Source of the DNA: Chiloscyllium plagiosum
Lineage: Eukaryota
Assembly: GCF_004010195.1 (NCBI RefSeq)
Contig: NC_057719.1
Location: 33,102,973-33,153,671 of the forward strand
Length of the DNA: 50,699 nucleotides
Reading direction: 5' to 3'
Shown: positions 10,734-24,230 of the stretch, one piece after another
Layout: each line of letters starts with the position of its first letter
Position numbering within the stretch: position 1 is the first letter of the stretch
Translations under genes and position numbers: made by a program
Notes under the pieces: model-generated
Told to the model about the DNA's origin: nothing
The model's input: the letters and a program-made list of their open reading frames with translations, nothing else
Database searches by the model: none

Positions 10734-11254
10734 CATAGAGCATCTCATGCAAACCCTCCACCATCATTGTAATCCCACGCTTTTTTAGCATGGCCAAACT
10801 TTCTAACATGCATATCTTTGGACTGAGAGCAAACTGGAGCACACAGAAATGAGAAGAATGTATAAACTCCACACAGATAGTCACCCAAGACTGGATTTGA
10901 ACCTAGGTCACTGGTGCTAAGCAAGCAGGGTTAATCACTGAGCTACTATGCCACCATCATTGTCCATGGTGGAGCAGACTTGATTGGCTGAATGGCCTAC
11001 TTCAGCTCCAATGTCTTATGGTCTTAGTGTTTGAGGTGTAACCATTCAACGGAAACCCTACTGACAAAGATTTCTGACTGACGCCAACACTGATTAATTT
11101 GGCATATTCAGTGTTCAAGAAATCTTACCTTGGGGTACCCGTATAATTCTACCAATGATTGGTTATTGCCCATCAATCAAATAGAGAATTTGTGACTCCA
11201 TAGTAAAGTGAATCCCCAGTGAAACCTGCATTTGCTGACAGTTGGAGATGGGGA

Positions 11255-11750
11255 ATAGAGCATCAATTCTGGTGTACATTTCTGGTCGCCCCATTACAGG
11301 AAGGATGTGGAGGCATTGGAAAAGGTGCAGAGGAGATTTACCAAGATGTTGTCTAGTCTGGAGGGAAGGTCTTATGAGGAAAATTGAGAGACTTGTATAT
11401 GTTCTCATTGGAAAGAAGAAGGCTAAAAGGGGATTTGATAGAGACATACAAGATGATCAGAGGGTTAGATAGGGTAGACAGTGGAAGTCTTTTTCCTGGA
11501 ATGATAATGTCAGCTTGTACGAGGGGGCATAGATTTAAGACAGATGTCAGAGGCAGGTTCTTTACTCAGAGAGCAGTAAGGGCATGGAATGCCCTACCTG
11601 CTAATGTAGTTAACTCAGCCACCTTAGGGAGATTTAAACAATCCTTGGATAAACACATGGATGATGATGGGGTAGTGTAGGGGGATTGGCTCAGATTAGT
11701 TCATAGATCAGGGCAACATCAAGGGCCAAAGGGCCTGTTCTACACTGTTT
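11255..11750 (+). mobile_element. CR1 LINE 3' end
   Basis: ORF 11384-11680 FSLERRRLKGDLIETYKMIRGLDRVD...FFTQRAVRAWNALP. Confidence 0.9.
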
Positions 11751-12299
11751 AATGAAAAGCAAAAAGTCTTCTCCAAGAATTCCACTTAGTGGAGCAGACT
11801 GCTGGTGAGTGAGAGACACATTTGTAAGGAGATGAAATTTAGCATTACCATGAAACTTGAACAACTATCCCCACAGTGGTATCTTCAATCTTTTGGAGAT
11901 TGCAGTGCTGAGAGACTATAATGCATTGTTATATTTCCTCTGTCTCTGTGCCTTTGTGTTTCTCTATTGCACTATTTTGTAATTTAAGGTTACAGGAGTT
12001 TCTGGAACAGCATAACAAGCATCAGCAGCTGGAGTGCAGCAAAGCACATCTGAGTTGCTGGTGCATCCCACAACCGCATCAGCTTCCATGCTTTGTAAAT
12101 GGGTCTGGTCACCAGTTTGGAGTGAAGAGGTAACAATCAGTGCTCACCCGGAAAAGAACACTGGATATGGGGGAACTGGATGTGAGAGGACTGTGACAAA
12201 GGGCACTGTTTGCACGACCTGTATCTGTGAATCTTGGCTTGAATTCCTTAGAGACAATGTCCCAGACACCACCATCACCATCCCTAAATATATCCTGTC

Positions 12300-12590
12300 T
12301 CACTTCCATCTCAAAGGCAGCAGGTATATGGGAACACCACCAGCTGCATGTTCCTTCCAAGTCAGTCACCATCCTGACTAGGAAATATGTCACCATTCCT
12401 TCACTGTTGCTGGGTCAAAATCCTGGAATTCCCTCCCTCAGGTCATTGTGGGCTAACCTATAGGATGTGGACTGCAGCAGTTCAAGAAGGCAGCTCACCA
12501 CCACCTTCTCAAGGACAACCAGGGATGAGCAATAAACACTGGCCAGCCAGCGATGCCCACATCCAACATATGAATAAACAAATGAAAAAA
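12300..12590 (+). mobile_element. LINE (CR1/L2 clade) 3' end with a gggatg..caataaa..tggcc..gccagcgatgcccac tail
   Basis: Same sequence family as 37400-37670, and the same tail as the SINE at 25385-25725. Confidence 0.7.
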
Positions 12591-13276
12591 GCTGCTGTGA
12601 AAAGGAGCTGGAATTTTATTGGAGAAAGCTCAGAGATTTGAGGGAATTTGTGGCTGAAATTACTACCAAATTTAATCCTACTTAAATTATCCAAGAGCTC
12701 CATTGGGTCTATATTTGGTGTTTCTCCTATTCAATGCATATTTTCTATTTCCTATTAACCACTATTTGACTTTCAATTCATGTTTGTCAATGAAGCCAAA
12801 ATCAACATAAATTCAAATGAAGCTGAAATCTTGCCCATTGATTTCCTAGTCTGGTCTGTTATTTTGGTTTATTGGTCTCCAGACAGTTATGACAATATTA
12901 AAATGCACAGATACTGCTAGGACTGTGTCCTGATCCCTATTTTGACAGCTACTTTCTTCTCCATGAACCTGAGCTTTATGTTCCTATTGAATAATAAATT
13001 TCTTTACTACCTCAATGAAATTCTTGTAAGTCATTCTGTGGTGATTATTATTGAAGATTATTGTTATATTTGTACTTTTGGATCGATGTCAAAGATCTAT
13101 ATAAAAACATAGCAGGCATTACATTGGGCCTTTTCCATTGCTTCTATGTCAGTTATGAAGTTCATAATAATTGTGTTAAATGTCAAAACTTGGGCAGAAC
13201 CTGAGATGGTGCAAGAATGTATTTTTCAATGTAGGAAAATTGAACTAATTTGGGAATATTTAATCTCTCAAATCAT

Positions 13277-13481
13277 AATGTTTGATACTTCTGATGTCCA
13301 ATGTAACATTGTAAAAACAGCAATATCCTCTGAAAAGTTACATATACATTTTGAAGACTCATCGGTAAATCATTCGTAATTGTTTCACACTGGCGATCTG
13401 ATTGTTTCATATTACCCAACACAAGGAACATCAATTGTTGTTTTTACAACTTTACATTGGACATCAGGAGAATCAAACATT
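13277..13481. mobile_element. Fold-back / MITE-like inverted repeat
   Basis: 48-bp arms 13277-13324 and 13434-13481, 43/48 complementary, 109-bp spacer. Confidence 0.65.
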
Positions 13482-16400
13482 TTGCTACCAAAAACTGTTT
13501 GCAGGTACATGATGGATTTTTGTCTTTTGTTTAAACACCCTCATCAATTTCCCAATTGTGCCCTATTATTACATTTACCTGTATGAATAAAAGGTGACTG
13601 TTGGCTATGATGTGCCTTGGAGGGTCATGAAGGATGTGAAATACACCATATAAGTGCACAGTTTATTTTTAGTTAATGTTTTATTACCTTGAACAGAGAA
13701 ATAGCACTCCTATACCATAAAGTAACATAGAGAAAAGTTAAAATTCAAATTTGTCCCCAGTGTGCAATGAATAAGGGACATATGTTAATTTTATCCTAAT
13801 CTCTCACATTTATCATCAGAATTCAAGGAAAACCATTCTTATATGTTTCTGTTTTAACCACATGAGCTGCAAATTTAGAATGCAAGGGGAAGTTTGGTTT
13901 TTTCAGTCCTGTTTAGAAGACCATTTCATTCTGTTTATCATGTGTCACTTTGATAGTGTGACTTGAAGTAAGACTGTGAAGGATTCACTACATAAAGGTT
14001 ACTGCTCCTTTTCTGCTGTGATTGCATAATGAAGAAAAGCGTTTGCCTTAAAGCTATAGTCTCAGTGCCAGTTATGCTTGCATTCAGGTTTGTCTTTGTC
14101 AGAGTAAGATGGTCCTGTTGCTTCCTCAAGAGATGTCACAACAGGCCTTAATTGGAAACAGTTGCAAAAGGGCAACAGGCACATCAAAGTTGTGATCTGT
14201 TCGAGCACTACTCTTCTGAGATCTTTAACTCAAAGATGTAAATGGCTTCTGGCATTTCAGAAGTGAGAGCAATTAAAATAGACAGCAAACCACCACAGTG
14301 CTGACAAAATAGATCACACAGTGAAGACTGCAAACTTCAGGGTAGATAATGGACCATAGAATATTGGTGAAAAATGCAGAGTAGGGAGAAAGGAGCAGAG
14401 TTTGAAAACTGTACCAAATATCCAGAGACATGAATAACCTTTTAATTCCATTGATTAAAAAGCACAGAAATAAAATACTTACATTATGCTATTTGTCTGA
14501 CTTGCAACTTTGCCTGTGCCAACCACGGGAGCATCACAAGAGCAAAGCATTAGCTGTTTGTACTGTCCTTTGCATCTGAATGGAATTTGAGTTTCAGATC
14601 ACTCTCTGGTAGGGATGAGTACTAACACAGTGGTTCTGCATTCAGAAGGTTACTAACATTGCACCGAGAACATCAGTGAATATAATGCTTCAATTTCATA
14701 GGACACCCAAGTATGAAGAATGAGTCATTGTCTGAATTTCAGCAGATCCCGAAAAGTGGAAAGTAAAGCAATCTTGGCACCCAGAAGTTTTCAGCGAAGA
14801 GGTTAAATAAAATCAACATGATAAACACCCAAAAATGAACTATATAAAGTTTTTCACACAAGTGCTTTAGCAAATCTCACATTATTTATTGGTCTCCAAC
14901 CAGAGCACTGAATAATAATTTATGTAAAAACAGTCATGTGAAAACTGTTGCCATAGGGATAAAACAGCTCTGCTAACCTGCACATGTTGGTATTTAGAAC
15001 ACTCTTAAAATAGATAAGTTTGAAGCACTGGCAGAAGAGCCAGTTCTCTGGTGCATTGCTTGGAATACAGATCGCTCATTTTGGAAGTGACTTACTCATG
15101 TAATCTCTCCTCTTAATCCTGCACACAGGTGAAAACAATGTTAATTAGGGGCTCTCAAGCAGTAATTCGTCATGAACTGTTCAACCTGAAAGTAATAGTC
15201 ATCCTGTCATTCCACACAAAGGAGAAGTTTATCATTTGAATTGCAAAGCAGTGAAGTGCAGTGAGAGTGCAAGAATCATCTGCAGTTGAACACAAGTCAA
15301 GTTGTCAAACACAGAAATGCTTTGAGAGGCAAATTTTACAGTGCTAGCCTGGCTGCTTTTACCTACTACCCTCTATTACCTTAAACAAGCAAATATTCTC
15401 ATTTGAGAGGGAGCGTGCTGCTTCAGTATTCAAAGGCTGACCTTCAGTTTGACCTGACCTATACGGAAATTACATCCAACTTTACTCATTGCATGGCTTT
15501 GCCTATCTTGCTGTAATCCTAGGGAAATGAAAGGGAATATTATGGTTTTGGACACAATTGCCATTTAGAAAGTTAACACAATGTTCCATAATCCATAGTA
15601 TATAAGGGTTTCATGGCATGCATTCACATTTTCCTCACTTTGCTGGAACCACAGGAATCTATTTGCATCACTTCAATCTGTTGTTTTAGTGACAATTCTT
15701 CAATTAAGTGGATCTCACTCCCTTAATCCCTTTCAATGGCCCCTGTATTAGCATTTAGCCAAATTTCTCTTAAAAAATCTCTGCCTGAACCATTTATGTG
15801 TAAAAACATTGCACATTGCAATTATCTCTATTCTCAGTCCCTATTCTCAGTCTTTGGCTGATCATTTTAAATTGATTCCTCATGTAAACATAATCAGTTT
15901 TCTCCATGGAAACCTTTCATGAATTGAAAAGCTGCATTCACTTTCTTTTTAGCTTTCTTTGTTCAGTGAAGGTAGTTTCAGCATCCTGGGTCTTTCTTTC
16001 CAACTATTATGTCACATGCTTGGCATTATCATCCTCTACAGTTTTAATATTGTTATAATTGATGTTAAAGCACCTCAAGTACTCTTCTTTGTGACGTAAC
16101 CAGCACTTTATATAAATACAACAATATTGCTTTAGGTTTGAGCTCTATACGATATCTATTAAACTAAAAATGTTTTGCCTCTCCACTTTCAAAGGATTTT
16201 ATATTTAAGCCTTAAGTCTATTTGTTTATTCATACCATTTAGTAACTTTTCACTTAGTGCATTCACATAATCGTTGTGTTTTTCCAAAAATATGTTGCCT
16301 AATATTTATCCAAGTGAAATGGAATTTGATTCCAATCTTCGATTTCCATGAATCCGCCTTTATTTTTTTTTGTAGTGTCATTGTTTGCCAAATTTTCTAC

Positions 16401-16629
16401 TTTCTTGTCAATAGCAGATGTTGAGATAGTGGTCTGTATGTTACTCCAGATAGGTTTGGGTATTTAATGGCTTTTTGGCAGAAATCCAATTTCCCTCTCC
16501 ATTTTCAACTCTGCATTTTTCCTCAGCCCTTTTGCAAATCAGTTGTTCCAATATGTAAAATACAGACACACACACACACACCCTCTACTGAGGCTGCGAT
16601 CACTGTTTTCAATCAAGGAGGAAAAGTGA

Positions 16630-16927
16630 GGCGGCACAGTGGCTCAGTGGTTAGTGCTGCTGCCTCACAGCACCAGGGACTTGGGTTTGATTCCTGCCTC
16701 AGGCGATTGTCTGTGTGGAGTTTGCACATTCTCTGAGTGTCTGTGTGGGTTTTCTCCAGGTGCTCCGGTTTCCTCCCACAATCTGAAGAGGAGCAGGTCA
16801 GGTGAATTGGCCGTGCTAAATTGCCCATAGTGTTAGGTGCATTAGTCAGAGGGGTTACTCTTCGGAGGGTTGGTGTGGACTTCTTGGGCTAAAGGACCTG
16901 TTTCCACATTGTAGGGAATCTAATCTA
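16630..16927 (+). mobile_element. HE1-type V-SINE, full length
   Basis: A-box tggctcagtgg, B-box ggtttgattcc, V-domain, tail ggaatctaatcta. Confidence 0.92.
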
Positions 16928-18350
16928 AAAAAAATCAAATCTCCACTAGTGTACCAATTTTGTTTCATTGCTTAAGGTTTTGGAAACCTATTGAAACATT
17001 CCATTTTTTGAGAGTCAGTGAAGAAAATGGAAAGCCTGCTGAGCAGTCAGGAGCATTTTGGAAGGTAAATGTGAAGTGCTTTCAAATCTTCAAATATCAT
17101 TATTTGCTGCAAAATCACAAAGTAAATGTGCTTTTCATGCTGAGGTTCATCACGGACATTTGACCTTTGAAGACAAGTGCATCCTTCCATTGAGCAACTC
17201 TGTGTATTTGTTCTCATGCATCACATTATAATTCTGATGGAGAAAACACCATAATGTGTGAAAAGTATTACTTGTGAACATATGAATTAGAAGCATGGGA
17301 CCACTCAGCCTTCTAAGCATGTTCTGCCACTCAAAGGCTTCATGGCTAATTGTATCAAATCTCAATTTTGCCTACCCCTCACAACCTTTCACGATCTACC
17401 TTGTAAAAATAACTTATTGACCTATGCCTTAAAAATATTGAAAAACTTTATTTCCACTGGCTTTTGAGGAAGAAAGTTCCAACCCTCTGCAAGGAAAATT
17501 CTCCCCATCTCTGTCATAATTAGGCAACTCCTTAATTTAAAACAGTGGCCACTAGTTCTAGAGATTCTCGTGAGAGGGAACATCCTTTCCACATCCTCTC
17601 TGTCAAGACCCTTCAGAATCTTATATGTTTCAATCAAATCACCTCCAAAACTTAGTGAATGAGAACCTTGCTCATCATTCCACATAAGACAATACACCCA
17701 TTCTTGGTCTAGTAAACTTTTTCTGAACATTTATATCATTCTAGTGCATTTATATTATTCCATACCTAAGAGAACACTACTGTACACAATATCCAAAGGT
17801 GATCTCACCGATGTCTTGTTTAATTGAAGCACAACCTTTTCACCTTTGTATTCCATTCCCCTCACAATAAACAATAACATTCTATTCATTTTCCTAATTA
17901 CTCAATGTACTTGTAGACTAAGCTTTCGTTATTCATGCACTGGGACACCCAGATCATTCTGTAACGCAGAGCTTTGTACTTCTCACCATGTCGCTAAAAT
18001 GTTTTTTTTCTTTTATTCCTATTGAAATTGGCATTTGTACCATATGTCATGTTATACTCCATGTGCCAAATTGTTGTCCATTCATTTAACCTTCACTTCT
18101 TTGAATCCTTGTGAAGCATCCTTTCATCCCCTCTTCAATTTACATTGCTGTTTATTTTTGTGTCATCAGCAAACTTAGCCACCATATCTGCAGTCCCTTC
18201 ATCAAAGCCATTTGTAAAAATTATAAAATGTTGAGGTCCCAGCACTGATTCTTGTGGCATCATTATATTTTGCCTACCAGAACATGACTCATTATTGCCA
18301 ATCTTTTCCTGTTAACCAGCCAGTCTTCTATCCATGCTAGTATATTACCT

Positions 18351-18479
18351 TCCTGAAGAAGGGCTTATGCCCGAAACGTCGATTCTCCTGTTCCCTGGAT
18401 GCTGCCTGACCTGCTACGCTTTTCCAGCAATACATTTTCAGCTCTGATCTCCAGCATCTGCAGACCTCACTTTCTCCCC
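18351..18479 (+). mobile_element. Solo PLE terminal-repeat insert (129 bp) with a 12-bp TSD
   Basis: TSD agtatattacct at 18339-18350 and 18480-18491. Ends in ctccagcatctgcagacctcactttctcc. Confidence 0.92.
18353..18380 (+). ncRNA. Minimal hammerhead ribozyme core, intact
   Basis: CTGAAGA-a-GGGC-ttat-GCCC-GAAACGTC, with perfect stem II and a GUC cleavage triplet. Confidence 0.78.
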
Positions 18480-19006
18480 AGTATATTACCTCAAACTTGT
18501 AGTCACTGCAACAACTTTTTGATATGGAACCTCATCAAAAGTTTTCTGAAGATCGAAGTACTGCATTTCCACTAGTTCTCCTTTATCCACAACACACATT
18601 ACTTCCTCAAAGAACTCTAATAAATGCTTAAATGTGATATCCTTTTTGAAAAAACCATACTGACCACTGACTGATTACTTTAGGCCTTTCTGAGGCCCCT
18701 GCTGTAACTTCTGTCATCACAATGTCTACCATCTGCCATACAACATTTAAGCTAACTGACCTGTGGTTTCCTGCTCTGTTTCCCTTTTAAAATAAAGGAC
18801 TAACACTCACTATATTCCAATCTAATGGAGCTTTCCAGAATCTAAGATATTTTGGAAATTTAAAACCAACATCTCAATTTTCTCAATAGCCACTTGCTTT
18901 AAGACCCGAGGCTGAAGTCTAACATGACCTCAAGAGACTTGTCAGCCTGCAACTCCAATCATTTGCTTAGAAATACTTCCCTGAAAATTGTAATGTTGAG
19001 GTCCTG

Positions 19007-22000
19007 CCCTCTTTCCATTTCCTGATTCAAACTATTGCTGAGATATTTCCTGTATCACCTGCAGTGAAAACTGATGCAAAATGCTGATTCAATCCATCTG
19101 CTATCTGCTTATTTTCCATTATTAATTCTCCAAATATACTTGCTATAGGAATAGCAAGCTCTTTGTAAACTCTTTTCAGTTTCAAATATATACTACCTGT
19201 TTTTCATTTTTCCAGATAGTGTTCTCACATATCAACTTTTTTCCTCCTTTTAGTCAATTTTGCTGTTTTTATGTTGTATCCAAACTTCTGACTTGCCACA
19301 CATCTTTGCGTAATTATTTTCTTTTTAATTATGCTTGAGATTATCTTTAATTCTTTTAGTTAACACAGAGTCCACCTTTGGAATTTTTCTTTCTCTTTGG
19401 AATTATCTATCATGTGTATTCTGTACGGTCTCCTGAGATGTCAGACATTGCTGGTGATATATCCCTTAAGCTAAAAAAAAAGAATTGCAGTTGCTGCAAA
19501 TTGGAAATAAAAACAGAAATTGATGTAGAAACTCAACAGGTCTGGCAGCATCTGTGCAAAGAAAACAGGGTTGATGTTTTGGATCCAGTGACCCTTCTTC
19601 CTAACTGATTGTAGCTAGGAAAAGGAAAAGATAGATGTTGAAGATGAAGTGGGATATGCGGGACTGACTGAACGAGAGGTGGACATGGAGCCCAGAGAGA
19701 GAAAACAGAAATTGGGCAGTCAAAGGCATTGTTAAAGGTCGATCTGGGAGAATCAATAGCTGCTATTGGCTGACCTTTACCCATTCCTTGTCTCTCCCAT
19801 CTATCATAATTTATACTTGGCCATTCTGTATTTGCTACCAAATTGGATAACCTCACAATTCACTGTTATCCTGAATTTGGCATGTATTTGCCAATTCATT
19901 CAACTTGTATGAATTACTTTGAACTCTTTTTACATCCTCTTGAAACCTTTTTACTCTCAATTCTTCCTGGGTTTGTGTTGTCAGTAAACTTTAAAATAGT
20001 ACGTTTGATTGCCTCATTCAAATCATTGATATAAATTGTAAATTGCTGTGAATGTAAAATTCTACCATATTATGATCACTGTTACCTAGCTAATCTTGTA
20101 AGCACTGTAACCTTTGCTTTGAGATAATTAGTTAATACCAAATGAAGTGCAGTCTGTTCTCTGGTTAGCTCCAGAACATGCTGTTCTCGGGAAGTAACCC
20201 AGAAATAGTATATGAGCTCCTCATTTAGGCCGCCGTTGACAATCTAATTTTTCCAGGTTATATACAAATTAAAATCTTCCATGATTCTCACCATATTTAT
20301 CCGGGAAACTCACATTGTTTCTTATTTATGCTCCAACATACCATGTGGTTACCATGGAATGGGTGGGGGTATTGGGAGAGGGGTTTGGGTGTCGGTTATA
20401 AACACGTTTCACAAGTTAGCTCATATTTTTATTATTTCTCATCTCTGTCCAAATCACTTGTATACCATCACTTAGTTCACTCCTTGTTATTCTGCTGGTA
20501 TCATGATTAGTTAACAGAATCATTCCTCCATTTTCCCTAGCTTCTTGACTTTCCAAATTATCAAGTACACTTCAATGTTCAGATCTCAATCTACATCATT
20601 CCATAGCCACATCTCATAGTGGTTAGTTGATTATACTTATTCATATTTATTTTCATTACCAGTTCAATGTTTTGTATCAAATGTTGCATTTGTTCAGAGA
20701 CACAGCCTTTGGTTTGGTCAATTTATTATTTTTGTAATCTCCAAGGTGTAACTGTTGATTTACACTTACACATATTCTCTCTCTATTTCTTCCAGCCACA
20801 ATTTGTTTATCATTTCCCAGNNNNNNNNNNNNNNNNNNNNNNNNNNNNNNNNNNNNNNNNNNNNNNNNNNNNNNNNNNNNNNNNNNNNNNNNNNNNNNNN
20901 NNNNNNNNNNNNNNNNNNNNNNNNNNNNNNNNNNNNNNNNNNNNNNNNNNNNNNNNNNNNNNNNNNNNNNNNNNNNNNNNNNNNNNNNNNNNNNNNNNNN
21001 NNNNNNNNNNNNNNNNNNNNNNNNNNNNNNNNNNNNNNNNNNNNNNNNNNNNNNNNNNNNNNNNNNNNNNNNNNNNNNNNNNNNNNNNNNNNNNNNNNNN
21101 NNNNNNNNNNNNNNNNNNNNNNNNNNNNNNNNNNNNNNNNNNNNNNNNNNNNNNNNNNNNNNNNNNNNNNNNNNNNNNNNNNNNNNNNNNNNNNNNNNNN
21201 NNNNNNNNNNNNNNNNNNNNNNNNNNNNNNNNNNNNNNNNNNNNNNNNNNNNNNNNNNNNNNNNNNNNNNNNNNNNNNNNNNNNNNNNNNNNNNNNNNNN
21301 NNNNNNNNNNNNNNNNNNNNCCCTCTTTCCATTTCCTGATTCAAACTATTGCTGAGATATTTCCTGTATCACCTGCAGTGAAAACTGATGCAAAATGCTG
21401 ATTCAATCCATCTGCTATCTGCTTATTTTCCATTATTAATTCTCCAAATATACTTGCTATAGGAATAGCAAGCTCTTTGTAAACTCTTTTCAGTTTCAAA
21501 TATATACTACCTGTTTTTCATTTTTCCAGATAGTGTTCTCACATATCAACTTTTTTCCTCCTTTTAGTCAATTTTGCTGTTTTTATGTTGTATCCAAACT
21601 TCTGACTTGCCACACATCTTTGCGTAATTATTTTCTTTTTAATTATGCTTGAGATTATCTTTAATTCTTTTAGTTAACACAGAGTCCACCTTTGGAATTT
21701 TTCTTTCTCTTTGGAATTATCTATCATGTGTATTCTGTACGGTCTCCTGAGATGTCAGACATTGCTGGTGATATATCCCTTAAGCTAAAAAAAAGAAAGA
21801 ATTGCAGTTGCTGCAAATTGGAAATAAAAACAGAAATTGCTGTAGAAACTCAACAGGTCTGGCAGCATCTGTGCAAAGAAAACAGGGTTGATGTTTTGGA
21901 TCCAGTGACCCTTCTTCCTAACTGATTGTAGCTAGGAAAAGGAAAAGATAGATGTTGAAGATGAAGTGGGATATGCGGGACTGACTGAACGAGAGGTGGA

Positions 22001-23137
22001 CATGGAGCCCAGAGAGAGAAAACAGAAATTGGGCAGTCAAAGGCATTGTTAAAGGTCGATCTGGGAGAATCAATAGCTGCTATTGGCTGACCTTTACCCA
22101 TTCCTTGTCTCTCCCATCTATCATAATTTATACTTGGCCATTCTGTATTTGCTACCAAATTGGATAACCTCACAATTCACTGTTATCCTGAATTTGGCAT
22201 GTATTTGCCAATTCATTCAACTTGTATGAATTACTTTGAACTCTTTTTACATCCTCTTGAAACCTTTTTACTCTCAATTCTTCCTGGGTTTGTGTTGTCA
22301 GTAAACTTTAAAATAGTACGTTTGATTGCCTCATTCAAATCATTGATATAAATTGTAAATTGCTGTGAATGTAAAATTCTACCATATTATGATCACTGTT
22401 ACCTAGCTAATCTTGTAAGCACTGTAACCTTTGCTTTGAGATAATTAGTTAATACCAAATGAAGTGCAGTCTGTTCTCTGGTTAGCTCCAGAACATGCTG
22501 TTCTCGGGAAGTAACCCAGAAATAGTATATGAGCTCCTCATTTAGGCTGCCGTTGACAATCTAATTTTTCCAGGTTATATACAAATTAAAATCTTCCATG
22601 ATTCTCACCATGTTTATCCGGGAAACTCACATTGTTTCTTATTTATGCTCCAACATACCATGTGGTTACCATGGAATGGGTGGGGGTATTGGGAGAGGGG
22701 TTTGGGTGTCGGTTATAAACACGTTTCACAAGTTAGCTCATATTTTTATTATTTCTCATCTCTGTCCAAATCACTTGTATACCATCACTTAGTTCACTCC
22801 TTGTTATTCTGCTGGTATCATGATTAGTTAACAGAATCATTCCTCCATTTTCCCTAGCTTCTTGACTTTCCAAATTATCAAGTACACTTCAATGTTCAGA
22901 TCTCAATCTACATCATTCCATAGCCACATCTCATAGTGGTTAGTTGATTATACTTATTCATATTTATTTTCATTACCAGTTCAATGTTTTGTATCAAATG
23001 TTGCATTTGTTCAGAGACACAGCCTTTGGTTTGGTCAATTTATTATTTTTGTAATCTCCAAGGTGTAACTGTTGATTTACACTTACACATATTCTCTCTC
23101 TATTTCTTCCAGCCACAATTTGTTTATCATTTCCCAG
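19007..23137. repeat. Near-identical ~1.8-kb direct duplication flanking a 500-N scaffold gap (probable assembly overlap)
   Basis: 19007-20820 matches 21321-23137 apart from a 3-bp indel and a few substitutions. N-run at 20821-21320. Confidence 0.9.
19475..19770 (-). mobile_element. Older PLE 3' terminal fragment (duplicated at about 21785-22090)
   Basis: caggtctggcagcatctgtg...gttgatgttttggatccagtgacccttcttc is homologous to 33140-33213. Hammerhead core decayed. Confidence 0.7.
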
Positions 23138-23759
23138 ATTTATTGCATTCTCCTTTAATTTGTCTCTACTCTTTGATTTACCACATCTTTCCAAATTTGA
23201 TTCCTTACCCCATGACTTGGTTTAAAATCTTTTCCACTTCCCTCATTGTGTGACTAGCTAGAACATGGTACGGTTCAGGACTCGATTAACCCAATGATAT
23301 AGCCCCCACCTTGCCCAGTACTGACACCAGTGCTTCAGGAATTGAAATAATTTTGACCACATCAGTCTTTGAGTCTAAACCTATTGTCCAGAGACAAAAT
23401 GTCCTGAAAGTCTCTGCTGTTAGTTTTCTCTACAGTTTATGTAAATGGTTTTGATACTTGACACAATCTTACTGCCTGTTTTCTTATAATGGTTTGCAAG
23501 CACTCTGCTTTGAAGTTGAAATAAACACCTTCTGTCCTCCCTTCCCAGGGAGCAGACTATTGTTTGAACAGCTATGGCTATTCTGAGTGCTGTTGAGTTT
23601 CAAGTGCATGTGGGTTTCGGCACAGTAGGTGCTCCATTCATCCGAGAATAGATAACTATTTCACAAAGTTCTTGTCCATCTGTTGCCTTTATTCATCTAG
23701 ACAGGAAAGGTTATAGATTTTAAAATGTGGTTGAAGAAGCCTTCATGAATTGGAATCAC

Positions 23760-24230
23760 TAACATTTACAGTACAGAAGGAAGCCAATTGATCCATCATG
23801 CCTGTACTGGCTACCAAAAGAGCTACCCAGCTAGTCCCTCCATGCATCCCTACCTCCATAGTCCTCTAATTTTATCAATTTAAAATGCAGATATAGCTCC
23901 CTTTTGAAACCTCCGATGAAATCTGCCTCCAAGCGTTCTCTAAGGCAATACATTCTGAATCCTAACAACTCTCTGAGTAAAGACATTCTCCTCATCTCAA
24001 TCCTAGCTCTCTTGCTGACTATTTTGAAACTGTGACTCCTAGTTACTGACACATCAACTAGTGGAAACAGAATATCCTTCTTTATCCTGTCAAAATTGTT
24101 CTTAATTTTTAACATCTCAATAAGATCACCCTCCCTGATCCAAGGAGAATACATCCAATTTCTCTAAACTTTCCTGGTATCTAAAATCCTTCATTCCTGG
24201 TGTCATTTTAGTAAATCTTGTCTGAACTCT
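23760..24230 (-). mobile_element. CR1 LINE 3' end, degenerate
   Basis: Minus ORF GDLIEMLKIKNNFDRIKKDILFPLV...TRSHSFKI. Confidence 0.8.

Larger units (their letters stand above)
10465..10954 (-). mobile_element. HE1-type V-SINE, diverged, split by the PLE insert at 10537-10733
   Basis: Revcomp head ggtggcatagtagctcagtgatt, B-box ggttcaaatcc, gtgtggagttt. Confidence 0.8.
10085..11030 (+). mobile_element. CR1 LINE 3' end, interrupted by a SINE that itself contains a PLE insert
   Basis: CR1 coding remnant agaagaacgagaggtgatcttattaaaatg. Tail ggctgaatggcctacttcagctccaatgtcttatgg resumes after 10954. Confidence 0.75.
17285..19470 (-). mobile_element. Long degenerate CR1 LINE; further CR1 remnants continue to about 23380
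   Basis: Minus ORF GDLIETYKILKGLDREDVERMFPL. tgtcatcagcaaactt at about 18160-18176 is the reverse complement of KFADDT. Confidence 0.85.

Noticed and set aside
16566..16581. Short (AC)n microsatellite
   Set aside because: Ordinary, about 8 units.
20667..21401. Long ORFs of 192-244 aa (also 25671-26543 and 25811-26338)
   Set aside because: Their length comes from N-runs translated as X.
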